Shown here in pieces: positions 25,839 through 39,065 of a stretch of DNA of 64,000 nucleotides. Below the pieces are notes generated by a model. It was not told where the DNA came from. It made no database searches and saw only the letters and a list, made by a program, of their open reading frames with translations. The position numbers and the translations under genes are program-made. Source of the stretch: Lytechinus pictus (Eukaryota); NCBI RefSeq assembly GCF_037042905.1, contig NC_087245.1, positions 32,428,001 through 32,492,000 of the forward strand. Direction: 5' to 3'. The stretch's first letter is position 1, and each line of letters starts with the position of its first letter.

Positions 25839-28800
25839 TATATAATATATATATATATAAAAGCTGTAGTACATGTATAACTTCACACATTTATAAATAT
25901 ATATATATATATATATAAAACAGGACATGGGGTGTCACCTTGACGAAAAATAAAATCATAAAGAAAACATTAATCTTCAATGCATAAAAGTAGGTCTGTT
26001 CTGTTTACACTCTTTTAATCCATTCAGATAAGAAAGATAAAACTTTCTAGGAAATATTCAATGTATTAATCGTAGGGTCGTAACTGTATACATCCAATTG
26101 CGATTTCGGTTATCAGTCATTATTAAGGTCAGCCAAACTTTCAACATAAATGAGTGATATTGTATAACAGGGGCCGCAGAATGATTTGAGGTTGAAGGCG
26201 ACCTTGTAAACAAAAATCATAGTTATGATGGTCATTTTAACGTTTTTGTACACGTTCATTGACAAAGATGTGTATGTTTGTAGTGTTGGAGGCATTTCGT
26301 TTGTAGTGTTAACATCCATAATATTTGTATGCTATCATTATATTTGTAGAAATTCGAGCTTCAAAAAATAACCCTTAATGGTCTGCAATTGGATATGCAT
26401 GGTATAATAATGGGTGATGTATATACTCTGTAACGGTTTTTTTTCTCTCTATGAAGAAATCATCTCAAGTTATATTGTTAGAATATTTTATTGTCTTGCT
26501 TGTATAAATCCCCTTCTCAAACAAGGAAAGGGCTGAGAATTTTAGGACATAACTCCTTCTGTAGCTTTCTTTTATCCAATTACTGAATTTCAATGACCAC
26601 TAAATCTTTGTAATATTCAAATGTTGGACGATACTGGAGTATAATTCCATTACTGGCCATTTAACAAAGCTTTAGAAGCTAGGGCTTTAAACATGTTAAG
26701 GACAAGGATCTATAAAATATCGTAGAGAAAAATGCCGTGGATAAGCATAGTAATGTACAAAAAGCATACCTGTAGGCTTATAAGGGCTATAATGACTGTA
26801 TTTATGCCCATTTTGCACCTGTAATCAATTCCCTTTAAAATTGTCATTACTCTCAAGTACACGGTCTTCTTCTTATCCAAACAATTGGTAATACTCGATA
26901 ATCACCCACAGCCCCATGCCTGCGTGAGCTGATGGAACGCGGCCAACTCAGAGAAGGGGTCGAGACTTCCACTGTGTTTACTAATAGCTATGATTAAAGG
27001 GTTCTGCTCATTAAAGTACGCCTTATTTTTATTTTATGCGTATGCGAGGAGTCACTGGCGTGCAGATGAAGGCAGAAGTGGAAAAGAGGGAATAGAAAGA
27101 GAAGAAAACGGAAAAGCGAAATAGTGATATTATTTTCTAAACATACTGTCAAAATCTAAAATAGAATGAGCATTTCGTATTTAAAAAAAAATCTCGCTCA
27201 CTTCACTTCCTCGCGACTCAAATGACTAAGCGTGAGCTCAGTCACTCTGTCATACACCACCTAACACCTCTATTTTAATTTCAAATATCTTGAACTTTAG
27301 TTCATCATTTAAACTTTTTAGAATATAAATAAATATTAATATACATGTATATCTATTTTATTTAACTCTGATAGGTGCTTCGCAATATAATATATGCTGG
27401 ATTTGGATGAATGTGACTTTATAAGTGGTTTTTATAGTAAAAACGCTATTTACTACATGAATCGCAGAGTAGTTGTTTAACAGTCTCAACAACCATGCTT
27501 AATTTATTGAGAATTAAATATTAGAAATTAAACTTTATTGTTTAAGATTTTAAACACTGGTTTAAACTGTTTAAACACCTACTGTGTGATTCTTATAGCA
27601 AACAGTGTTGTTTTTTTTTTACAGTATGTGATAACGTCCTTCATAATATAGAGTTGTCATGTCTATTATATAGTCTAATTCATACAATGAATCATACACA
27701 TTACCCTATTTACGTATGTTAAGTATATATACATTATGTACAGTTAAAAATGCTCATCAGTCATGAAAAAACTCCCTCAAAACTTATGACCGCAAACAAT
27801 TATTATTTCCTCGCAATGACACTGTTAGCAAGGCCATATTGTAATGAAAGTTGATTTTAACCATTTGTTTGTTTGTTGAAATTTGCACTGAAAAATGAAA
27901 GTTTTCCCCCAAAAGGATTACTCATAACGAGCAGTTATATATCTATATTTATAATTCGTTTTGTGAAACACGTATCATTTGCGTAAATTTAAGAAATGAG
28001 TCTCTGAAGTGTCCCCTTTTCAGGTCTGAATATCAAAAAATATCAGTTCGTGCTTCGCGCATACATTATTTGATTAGTAAGATAACATCCTTTCATATGT
28101 CCCTGCCACAGTCCTTTTAAATGTCCCTTGTTAATGTCAGCATATCAAAAATTTTAGCTCGTGATTCGCGTTCGGCTTAATTGTTTGGCTAAATACGCAT
28201 CTTGTTCGTGGTAATCAACCACTAAAAATACATAAGATATCCTACGATTTTGGCTCGCTCTTCCCGCTCTTTGGGCGAGTTTGTAAAAAAAAACTAAGAG
28301 TATAGTTAAAACTTCAGCCTTTATTAACACCACCCAAAATAAACCCCAATGGCAAAAGCAGGGTCTGTCTCTGAGCTATTCTGCATTTTGATCAAATCAT
28401 GGATCAGATGGTGTAATGTATAACCCATAATTGCTACACAGTGCAGTGCACTGAAGGCCTATATATTTTAAGAAATGCGATCAGAAGTCTCCATTTTGTA
28501 CTCAAGACGTCGACTTGATCATGACTCATTGCAAACATGCATTGACCTTATCTGCTTATATTACACAAATTAGTACCGAATTATCGTGATGTATAATATT
28601 CAAGGTTATAAAAGATTGCTAGTTACTATGCAATAAAATGTTTTGTCACATGTCTATTGAGCGTGTGTTTATAGAATGGGTTTTCTTTTATTCATTTTGC
28701 AATTCATTAATCTCTATCTATTTTTATCTATGCTTTCATTATCACTTTTCCTTAACCAATGCTTACTTTAATGCATCAATATTACAGGGTAATTCAATTT

Positions 28801-30798
28801 TACACTTATAGGAAAAGAAGGTAAAATGCAAATATATACTGATTTATAATTCATGAACACAAAAGTGTGGGGTTTGAGAAAAAGAACAATTCTTTACCCC
28901 CACAAAATTATGAAACGCGAGGCGTCATTTAGCGCATACATATTGGATATTATTTGGTTGACATATACATGATACGTTGGTAAAAAAAATTAACGATCTA
29001 TTTAATTCGTGTCCCCCTAAATCTTTCTCTCCCCCCTCTCTCTTTCTATCTCTCTCACACACACACACACCCACACCCTCACACGAACATACACTCTATC
29101 TTTCCGTCTCTCTTATTACTCACTCCATTCTTCTCTCTAATTAGCCCCTGTCTGTTCATTTATCTCCGTGGTCTGTCTATCTTTCGACCTCTGACTCCCA
29201 CTCTCTCCCTATTAACTAAGTTTCACCCCTCTCTTTATTTGATCGATACTTATCAATTCCCAAATAATTATGACCGGCCCGCATGGTTTCATTTGTCATA
29301 ACCACTGCGTCCATCAACCCATTATTACTAAGAGGAAAGACCTGCATGATAGATTAACAAGTCTCTAAATGAGGCGGGAAAACGAGCGTTTGCCCAGTTC
29401 ACATTAAAGATCGCGAATCGATTAATCTGATCTTAAACTCGAGTCATCGTCAGATATGTGACGCAAAGACTGTAATAGGTGTTTTCAGATTTTTATCATA
29501 TCTAATCGATTCGCTGACTCCGTCACCACATTCGAAATACGATAGGTTTAATATTGGGTGGAAAGGGTTCAACGAAAAGTGAACAGTGACTTGCCAATTC
29601 TTGCCATCTTTCGAAAGAATAGTTGCATTATTCCCCCAAAAGACAATATATAATGAAATTGTTTTCCGATACCATGCATGGATATTATAGCTTCCGTAAG
29701 TATTCCCCAGATAGTCTCACATTTTATCATGGTAAATAATCATTAACTTTCCTTTCGATGTTTAATATATATAAGAGAACTAAACAGAATGACAGTTTCA
29801 TAAATCTACAAGTCCCAAATTCCATTCGAAAACCATTTTATTTGGCCTTCAACGGAGATAGATTTCTGTGAATATTGTTTGATCCAAAACTAAATTGTTT
29901 CTAGTGATTCAATTTACGATTAAGTATGTTTTCCTGTCGGTGAATTCGTCATGAAATCAACCCAAGACCTTTAAAATGTACAATCAGTATCAGTTTATAC
30001 GACAAATTGTTGAATCTTATACATCTATACATGAGTAAAGCGGTTTCATTATATATTACTTTGTCAAAATCTTGGCAAACCCATTTTTTTGGAGAACATA
30101 AGAGCTTACAAAAGTCTTGGCAGACATATAGGCGCAAGTTATGATCGAATTCTAAGAATGAAAAAATAATATCCCTAATTATAACACTTATAGTTCATGC
30201 ATACTGAGAATAGAACAATTACAGATCCATTGAATAAACAAGTATTTCTTTTCATCCGACTTATCCCATAAGTCAATCTTTTATTATCAGTAATATAATA
30301 AAGAAATTATTAAGCGCCGATGAAAGATTTACGGTCTTTCTGTTATCAAACACAACATGACCATATGCCTAAATCATGTTCGTCTGTGTACATGAAAATT
30401 TGATGAACCTCTCGCACGCAATGCCAGGCAGGACCTACAATAATGACTGCTGTCTCTTTCTTTATATTAATTTATCTCCCGGTCCTCGTATACATTGAAG
30501 AGTAAAAAAAACATCTTCCGGTGAGAGGTCCTCTAAATCAGGAATTATGGAGTATAAAAGAAAACAGCTTGAGGAAACATTCGACTATGGATATATCTAA
30601 ATACGGATGAACGAACGTATTTTCGGAATGTAGCTGGGGAGATATGGTTTGAGGCTACCATACCTCCCATGTAGCTTCTTAACTTTATTCCTTTCTAAAG
30701 AATATTGAAACTTTGAATTGCAAGTAAAGAGAAAGTTCAAAAGACAATGTTAAATTAGTGCAAGTCCCTTTAACCATGGAAACCAGACGGTTACTTAA

Positions 30799-31206
30799 AA
30801 GGGAAGTTCACCCTGAAGAAAAGTTTGTTGTAAGAATAGCAGAAAAAAAATATTGGTGAAGGTTTGAGGAAAATCCATTAAAGATTATAATAGTTTTTAC
30901 AGTTTTAAGCTTCGGATTTGTGACGTCATGAACGAGCAGCTGCCCCATATATTATGTTATGTAAAATGCATAAATTTCATTTTTTTATGGTTCGCGATGA
31001 CTTATTTTTGTTTTGTTTTGGGAACGGGTGTGAAATGATTTGTCTATTGATATACTGAAGGTACATTAAGAATCATTTTCAATTTTCTGAGAAAATGAAA
31101 TTTCATTAATTTTTACCATACGACATGTAGGAAATATATATTCGCCAATATATATATTTTTTGGGGCAATGTAAATACAAACTTTTTGTCAGGTTGAACT
31201 TCCCCT
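30799..31206. mobile_element. Kolobok-like MITE (~408 bp)
   Basis: TTAA|AAGGGAAGTTCACCCTGAAGAAAAGTTTGT...ACAAACTTTTTGTCAGGTTGAACTTCCCCT|TCAA. Confidence 0.8.
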
Positions 31207-31456
31207 TCAATGCTTGGTAATAATGTTTAACAATGCTATATGACCTTAATTATAGACATATACCTTTGCACATCCTCTCTACTGCATAAATTTATGATTT
31301 GAACAAAATATTCGTTAAATAACTGGTAAAAGTACAATAAAACTGTTTATATCATAATTAGTTTAGAGTGGAAGTTTACCTTGACGATGAATGTGTTTTA
31401 ATGAAAAGCGGAAATGATAAAGAAGGCAAAGGGGCACGTTTTCCAAATTCTCTCTA

Positions 31457-31697
31457 CACTGCAAAAACTTTGGTGTTGATTTAACACCAGCCCGGAATCT
31501 ATTATGTCCACACCAGAGAAGTGTTAAACAACACCAGTTTCGTTTTGGTCTAACACCAGATAGGTGTTTACACAACACCAATTATTATTAAAACAGCATC
31601 GGTTCGATTCCAAACTGGTGTTGTTTCAATACTTCTCTGGTGTGGACATATATAGATTCCGGGCTGGTGTTAAATCAACACCGGAGTCTTTGCAGTG
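31457..31697. mobile_element. Near-fully palindromic MITE (241 bp), CACTG termini, TA TSD
   Basis: TA|CACTGCAAA...GGTGTTGATTTAACACCAGCCCGGAATCTAT paired with ATAGATTCCGGGCTGGTGTTAAATCAACACC...TTTGCAGTG|TA. Arms about 85 bp. Confidence 0.9.
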
Positions 31698-32213
31698 TAC
31701 GGCTCGCTCCTCCAACTCTGGATTGATTATACCGCTCTAGACGTATGTTTACAATATCACCGGGTGATAAAATGGGTTTATGCGAACTGACAAATCCAAT
31801 TAATACGGGAAATGATTTCGTAATTGAGATGCGACAAAGAAAGAAGAGAGCAAGAGAACAAAAAAAAATGGAGGAGAGAGGGAGAGAGCGAGAGAGAGAG
31901 GGGGGAGGTGGAGAAAGGGGGGGGGGTGTATCTCACCCCAAAATCCCACCCTAAACATTATCATTAGTCTCCAAAGGGTCGAAAGGGGGGGGGGGGGTAA
32001 CGGCGAGGAGCTAAGCTACTGTATAGCCACCTCCCACGACTGGGACATGACACACTTTGAATTTCTGCACACTGAGATGCCAAGTTGCAATTTAGGGAGA
32101 CATACAAACATGACAAAAGACATATAATGATGTCAAGATGGATAGGAACCAGAATATGGCCTGAATAATGTTAAATGAATTGTAGTATTAAAGGAGCTAA
32201 TCTGGTCCATAAT

Positions 32214-32399
32214 CACACTCCTCTCAGAGTGAGAACTTGAGGGACCAGTCCTGATCGATTGAGATTTCAATCTTTCAAGAGTGATTTTTTACCCTTTTTT
32301 TTTTACACTTTCACTCCAAAAAGGTAAAAAATCACTCTTGAAAGATTGAAATCTCATTCCATCAATACTTGTCCACCATCTCACTCTGACAGGAATGTG
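32214..32399. repeat. Palindromic repeat / MITE remnant
   Basis: Perfect inner IR TGAGATTTCAATCTTTCAAGAGTGATTTTTTACC / GGTAAAAAATCACTCTTGAAAGATTGAAATCTCA, plus outer TCAGAGTGAGA/TCTCACTCTGA. Confidence 0.75.
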
Positions 32400-32852
32400 C
32401 TAAATCATACATCATCGACTCGAAACTATACTGGACTAATGGAAGTTTCGGACGTCATGATAAAACAAACAAACATAAAGTTTTCATTTTTAAAACGCTG
32501 ACGCCTTTTCCTTAATGATTATAGTGAACTTTCGAAACGGAAAAATATATACGATGTTGATATATCAAATCTCCTAATCAATCTACGTATTCGAGGCGGT
32601 CTTTGTTATTATTACACTTTATGTTTATGAAATATAAGAAACAGTAGAACTTTCACTGTTGCACCATGATGATCTATCTATATCCGAAAGTAATTAAAAA
32701 TCCCAACTTATTCGGATAATGATATCGTAGCCAGAATATTTTATCAAGACGACTCATGAGTGGTTTAATTTACGATTCTTTGGTTTATGTTTCATGGTAA
32801 ACAATTGGCCACATACAGAAGAGAATTTTTAAGCGATGTCAAAACGACATTA

Positions 32853-33045
32853 CACTCTAAAAAAAGTTAACCCAATACTGGGTAAAATGGGAACATGCAT
32901 TTTGGTTGAGTAAAAATATATTTTGTAAATTTTACGCAATGTTGCGTTGAAATAGCCCAATGTGGGGTAAAAACATACTCAGCAAACATGCATGTTCCCT
33001 TAATACCCAATATTGGGTAAAATTCTACTCAATGTTTTTAGAGTG
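32853..33045. mobile_element. MITE (193 bp), CACTC termini, TA TSD
   Basis: TA|CACTCTAAAAA...TTTTTAGAGTG|TA, with inner IR GGGAACATGCAT/ATGCATGTTCCC and repeated ACCCAAT/TTGGGT. Confidence 0.85.
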
Positions 33046-34146
33046 TAGCGAGAATTATAAGCTTATTGGTTATTATTTACAAAGCAGAGATCATTGAACT
33101 CATAATACACCAACACACACATGTATTATTCATTTTAATTATCATCACCATATCATTATTACTATAATGATTGTAATTGTGATTATTAATGTTTTATTAT
33201 TGTTGTCAATTTTCTATTATCATGATAAATCAGTATTATCATCATTACTTCTACTACTTTACTATCATTATCATCATATTTATCATTATGAATAATAATA
33301 TGATTATTATCAATATCATCATTATCATCAGCATTGTGAAACAGCATGAAATTGGCTAATACTTTCGTAAATGACATGTAATTTCTATAATACATTCCTT
33401 GTGAGCCAATATTGTCAAGTAGTGCTGTAAACCTTATTGTGCTATTAAAAAAGACATCTATTTTTTCTAAAATTGTGTGTGTGTGTGGGGGGTGTATGTG
33501 GGTGCATGGGGAAGGGGTGATTAACAAAGGAGGCGTTTATGATCACGATGGACCTTATCACGGGCATCTCCAGATCACAAATAACTTTAAAAAGGAGAGG
33601 GGACTATGTGCCAACATGATTTGACGAAACAAAAATTGAACAAATAAAAAATCATCACCATGCATGAAAAAAACAACAACAAATGAACCAACAACTGTAG
33701 GAGCGACCTCAAATACAAACAAACAAAGCTTCTAACTTAAATCAATTTAGAGAAGGGGGGGGGGGGCAATCCCTTGATTGCTTGTCAACCACACCTCTTG
33801 TGTTGGAAGATGGTTCTACGTAATTGAGAGATCAGTGCTCAAGTGGTATGGGACACAACCCCTGCGGTATCTCAGCTATGCCATACCGGACTTCAATTTA
33901 GCCACTCAGCGGGGTCTCGATTCTTCAGACTACCTCATGCCTATTGGCTCCTTTAAAGTTCAAGTCCAAGTACAATCACTTTGACTTTCAGACAGTTTGA
34001 ACAGGGAACTCCCTGGTTTGAACCACTAAATTATCATCTCCCACTCCCCCACCCCCCCCCCCAAAAGGAGAAAACTTGTGAAATTTCACAGACAGTTTCA
34101 TATTACATAGAATATAAAAATGCATTATTTTGAAGGTTATTGATTC

Positions 34147-34333
34147 CAGGGGCTGTTTCATAGAGATGTTCGTAAGTTACGAGCGACTTTACGATCGACT
34201 GGTAAACATTGTCTTGTGTAAACGATACACACCAGATTTCCGTTGGTGTTCACATTCAGTTCCTAAGAAAGGATCACCAGTCGTTCGTTAAGTTGCTCGT
34301 AACTTACGAACAGCTTCATGAAACCATGGACCT
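34147..34333. mobile_element. MITE of the CAGGGGC..GTTTCAT family
   Basis: GTTTCATAGAGATGTTCGTAAGTTACGAGCGACTT / AAGTTGCTCGTAACTTACGAACAGCTTCATGAAAC inverted repeat. Confidence 0.75.
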
Positions 34334-35859
34334 ATCACGGCGATATAGGCCTACCATGAACCTTGTTGTAGGTCCATGTCTATACTATACTGTCTCAGTA
34401 ATATGCTATAACTGTTACTGATCGACCTCCATTACTTTGAATCACGCAGAGGGGTCTCGCATGTTAAGACTACCTCAAGCCTACGGGCTACTTTAAAGTT
34501 TAAGTCGACTACTAGTATTAATATGATTTCAATTGAACCAATATAAGAGTACCATCTCCCACCCCTTATGAATCTGTGAATTTTCATACGGTCTAAAAAA
34601 CTTGAAAAGGGTAACGACATTTTAATGTTGGTATTGATATCGACCTCACTGCATTCATTTTTTTACCCATTTCTGTTTAAAAAAATAATAGCTTATACAA
34701 ATCTTGTGATTACATATCACAAAGCTACAAATTACATCAAGAAATCATCAGCCCATTTCATACATAATAAGTGGTTTATATACTCCCAATAAATAAACAA
34801 AGATAAGAAAATCAGAGATATTTCATTTTGGTAGGGGTTTTTCTTGTTAAATAGCTACATACTTGCACTAGAAAATAGGGCGTTTTGCCATCCACACCAT
34901 AAACGTGATAAAATTAATGTAGTACTTAGTCGTGAAATTCAATAATATCCATGGCATCATTCATTCATCAAAACTAAAAACCCCAAAATGTTATCACTTT
35001 ACTATGCATGCATTCATGCTATGCAATGAATGACTGACGAAAGCCATAGTTCAAAATGCCTAAAGATGTCTTTTCTCTTCACGTTTTCGGTGAAAACTTT
35101 ACTGCTTGGTTTCATTTTACGTTATTGATTTAACTGAATCAATATCTGGGATGAACCTGGCCTTCAAACAAAACAATTTATCTGCGCACAAGTACACCGT
35201 TGGTATCATTATAGATGCCTTCATCTTTATAGAGTAGGCTGAATGAGAATACACAAATTCATGTAAATCGATGCCAGTTCAAGATGAAATATAATGGCTT
35301 TGAAACTGACTTTTCTATCCCAAATCGTTATCATTTCAAAGTAAAACAAAACAAAACATACAACTTCATGAAATGTACAACCATCAAGGAATCATGTTTA
35401 TTCATGAAATAATTAGTGAAATAAAAAGTCTGAAAGTGGACTTTGGACTTCATTTTGATTTTCCCAGCCCGCATAAAAATAGACCTATGCGTGTTCAGTC
35501 CACGAGTGAGGAAATCTGATCACACGTTATATTATGCGGGTGTAGTCTTTAACGGGTTCAAAGACCTTTAGTCGGAAATAATCCCGGGAATTAATTCAAT
35601 TCATTATTGCATTGAATATAAAGCGAGTTTATTTCCTGTACCAAACATTTTTTTTTTTCATACGTACTTTTGAGACAAAGATGCATGTTCTTGAGAACTC
35701 TCAAACTCAGCAGAGACTTGCCTTTCATAGCAACAAGAAAAAAAGTTGCAGAGAGGATTCTAACTATTGTTTTATTTTTCAATTTCTTCCCCCCTCCTCT
35801 TTTTAACTTCTTGCAAAATCATAGGGGGTCGTCGCCCGAGTGTCCTCTGTAGCACAGTC

Positions 35860-35986
35860 AGGAGAGTGTTTATCAACATTTTTAACCCGAGACTGTCAAG
35901 TCTGACAGATTTCCTTCATTTTGATTGGCGGACAAGCAATGCTACTATGATAACTGTCGACAAGTCTTTTTCGTGAAATGTTCCCT
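35860..35986. mobile_element. Degenerate MITE, same family as 39620-39770 (opposite orientation)
   Basis: Shared segments (TTTCCTTCATTTTGATTGG versus CAACCAAAACCAATGAAAG) and similar GGAG..GTTT / AAA.G.TCCC ends. Confidence 0.5.
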
Positions 35987-36054
35987 GGCCCTGGCCTGCA
36001 TTACAAAAATTAATCATTGGCTCTTGGGTCTTGACTCTCAAGAACGATTAGTAC

Positions 36055-36226
36055 CTGGGGCCCGTTGCATATAAGTAACTATCATCATGATCATGGTAAC
36101 TTTGCCATGCAATGGTAATTTCCATGGTAACGCTGATCACCAACCAATCAAAATCAAGGATTGCATGCAAGTTACCACTGGATGGCAAAGTTACCATAAT
36201 GGTAGCTTTTATGCAATGGAGCCCCG
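36055..36226. mobile_element. MITE, CTGGGGCCCGTTGCAT...ATGCAATGGAGCCCC family (related copy at ~53620-53760)
   Basis: Terminal IR plus inner ATGGTAACTTTGCCAT / ATGGCAAAGTTACCAT. Confidence 0.75.
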
Positions 36227-36467
36227 TTCTCCTATACTTCATGGGAACATTTCCATTGGGTTAATTGCAGAAAGAATTACAATTGAACGCAACTACCCCC
36301 CTCCCCCCCCCAAAAAAAAAAAAAAAACCGGCGCCTGTACCTGGGGTTAGCATGTATTTCATTGGTCGAAAATCAAGTTGTGTTTGATCACAACTCTTTT
36401 TTTGCAATCAAGTGGGAATAGATGTAATATCAGATGATCTTTGTAGGTTTGCATGGTGGAGTTTATA

Positions 36468-36848
36468 ACGTAGAGAAGGTCTACGGTTCACCATGTGTAA
36501 TATGAAGAAGTGAAGGAAATACAGGCAGAAAGATTGAAATGAAAAAGACGAGATAGGATGAAAAGAAGAAATTAGAAGTATTCTTTTCTTGAAAGTGAGT
36601 GAAGTCCTGAAAAGGACTTTAAACCAGATGAGATTAGCTGAATATGGCTCGAGTATATAGCGATGGTTTGAGTATTAGCAGGATGAAGTGAAGAGAGGTT
36701 ACTCGACGTTTCGAGCAGGTTGACTGTCCGTCTTCTTCTTTTCAGCCTCTCTCGTCTTTCCATTTCAATCTTTCTGCCTGTATTTCCTTCCCTTCTTCAT
36801 ATTACACATGGTGAACCGTAAACCTTCCCCGGGAAACCTTCTCCGCGT
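36468..36848. mobile_element. Palindromic MITE (~380 bp), TA-flanked, ~105-bp arms
   Basis: ACGGTTCACCATGTGTAATATGAAGAAG.GAAGGAAATACAGGCAGAAAGATTGAAATG is reverse complementary to ~36760-36820. Termini TA|ACG.GGAGAAGG-like...CCTTCTCCGCGT|TA. Confidence 0.85.
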
Positions 36849-38542
36849 TAGATGTAATATCCTTTATTTTAAATAAAATGAATTATCAACTTCGCATGCT
36901 GATATAAACGTCAGCTGACGGAAACTATGACCGAGAATATGATTTAACCCCTTAACACATTTTCAAAACGTTCGTAAAGTCGTGAATAACTTTACGAACA
37001 GCTTTATGGAATTGACCCCCCCCCCGCCCCCTTCGGACAGGTTAGGAGTCTCACCTTGAAGGAGAAGAATGGTTGCCAAAGCAACCCAGTAGCCGGAAGA
37101 GAACCCCCCTGCTCTGATCTGCAGCGGACTTGACTCCATGCCGATGTCGTCTGCTCCGATCGCACTCACCACAATCCAACGCTTGAAATATTGATATATA
37201 TATTACTCTGTCCGATGATCGAAGATTCTATCAGCAGTTTGTGATCAAGCTGGAATCATCAAATGTGTTTTCTTCAGTAATGAACAGCACGAGAGACATT
37301 ACAATCGTGAAAAATGGCCTACTCAAAAGGGTGTTGCACTTGCACTGCACTTAATTTTCAATCCAATAATTCAAATTCAAGCGCTCATTAACAGCATATC
37401 CGTCCAATGTGTATTGATATGCAAGCAATTCTGTTGAGAGTTGACCTTAATGAGCAGCTGTCGGTCTGTGTACCAAGATGCGATTGTCACATTGTCGCAT
37501 TACTCACTCGCAATTAAAACTTTATCCAAGAGTTCATTCCGATCTAATCATTATTAATATGCACAACACAATAACAAAGAGCCTCTGAAATCATATACAT
37601 TTAGATATCAAACTATCTCTAGCAGCTGGCACTGACTCCGGATTTCGATTATCTCATAAAAGTCATAATGATCCTTGGAATTGAATCTGCATCGCTGTAA
37701 CCGAACTTGAATAAAGGTTGTTTAAATGGCGAAGTTCTTGATCAGGTCGTAATTTTGAATAAATATTTGACCGCAGACGATTAAACAAATTTGGTCTTCT
37801 GCGCTTTTCTCTTCCTTAATTAAGTCAGTTCTCAATCGTTTAATGTCAGTTGCAGTTCGTCGATTGGGCAATTCTTGCCTCCTTGCTGGAAACGTCCGAT
37901 GATGAGATAGAGCTTTGAAGAGTATCCTTGACGAGGTATCGTCAGAAACTATTGTCTGAACACTCCCACTTCACAGGACTGAAGTGATTTCTCCTCACAC
38001 GACCTCGTATAATCATAGATTCTGTGATGTCACGATCAGGTCTGCGTGAGATCGTAAACTTGGCGAGTTCGCGCGCTCAAGGGATACCATTAATAACAAA
38101 ATCGAAATGAATGCTTTCACGACTGTTTAGGCTACGGATTTGTCATTTCTTATATATTCCTCTTAAATATCTTAATCGCTCATGAAATCTGGAACGGGCC
38201 CTGATAGACTCTCCAGTGTAATATTTCGCATTTCCTTGCGAAACTCAAAATTTGTGTGATATATCTTGTCGCTGTTGGAGCACAGGTGTGCTTACAATCA
38301 AGTTCATTAGGTCGAATTCCGCAGTGATGTAAATTACCTGGAATCTTTGAACTTGCGCCGTAACACTGACTGGTCGATATCTTTAAGATGATATTTCATG
38401 AAGGGGCTAAGTCCACAAGGACAATAAAGACTTTGTTGAATGTGCCCATTATTGTAAGACTATTTTAAGTGGACGCTTCGAAATTATATCGCATAATCTA
38501 AGCATGCATAATTATCCATTTTGTAGTCTTCATGAAGGCTTC

Positions 38543-38589
<47 letters not shown>

Positions 38590-38680
38590 AATGAAATAAA
38601 TAAATGAAATGAAAATAATAATAACAATAATGATAATAACAATAATAATAATAATGATAATGATGACGATAATAACAACC
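38543..38680. repeat. (AAT)n microsatellite, degenerate at the 3' side
   Basis: About 14 perfect AAT units followed by AAT/AAC/GAT variants. Confidence 0.95.
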
Positions 38681-38984
38681 AGATAAATATTTGATTCGTC
38701 ATGAGGTCGAATTTACGTGGTCTGTGGTCGGTTTTTATGATCATCCTTAATTCAAGAATAAGTGAGTGATTGACTAGATCTTTAAAAAAAAATTGAGAAA
38801 AAATGATGATGAAAACTAGAATGGTTATAATCATGACAATTATCAAAATTTTCATATCGATTGATTGATTGATTGGTAGGACTTATATCATTTCAAGTTC
38901 AACAATACAATTTGAAAATAGGCCCTACTAAAGTTTTTAAGGGTAGACAGTGATATGGCGCTGATTTTTGTGTGATTTATTCTC

Positions 38985-39065
38985 CGGTTTCTTCTATACC
39001 GGGGTAATCATTTAAGTCACCTGGGTGGAGAGTAACAATTTTAAATTAACGCCTTACATACGGAC
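38985..39065 (-). mobile_element. SINE fragment (central domain)
   Basis: Reverse strand reads CTCTCCACCCAGGTGACTTAAATGATTACCCCGG, resembling CTCTCGACCTAGGTGGATGAATGGGTA of the SINE at 40595. Confidence 0.45.
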
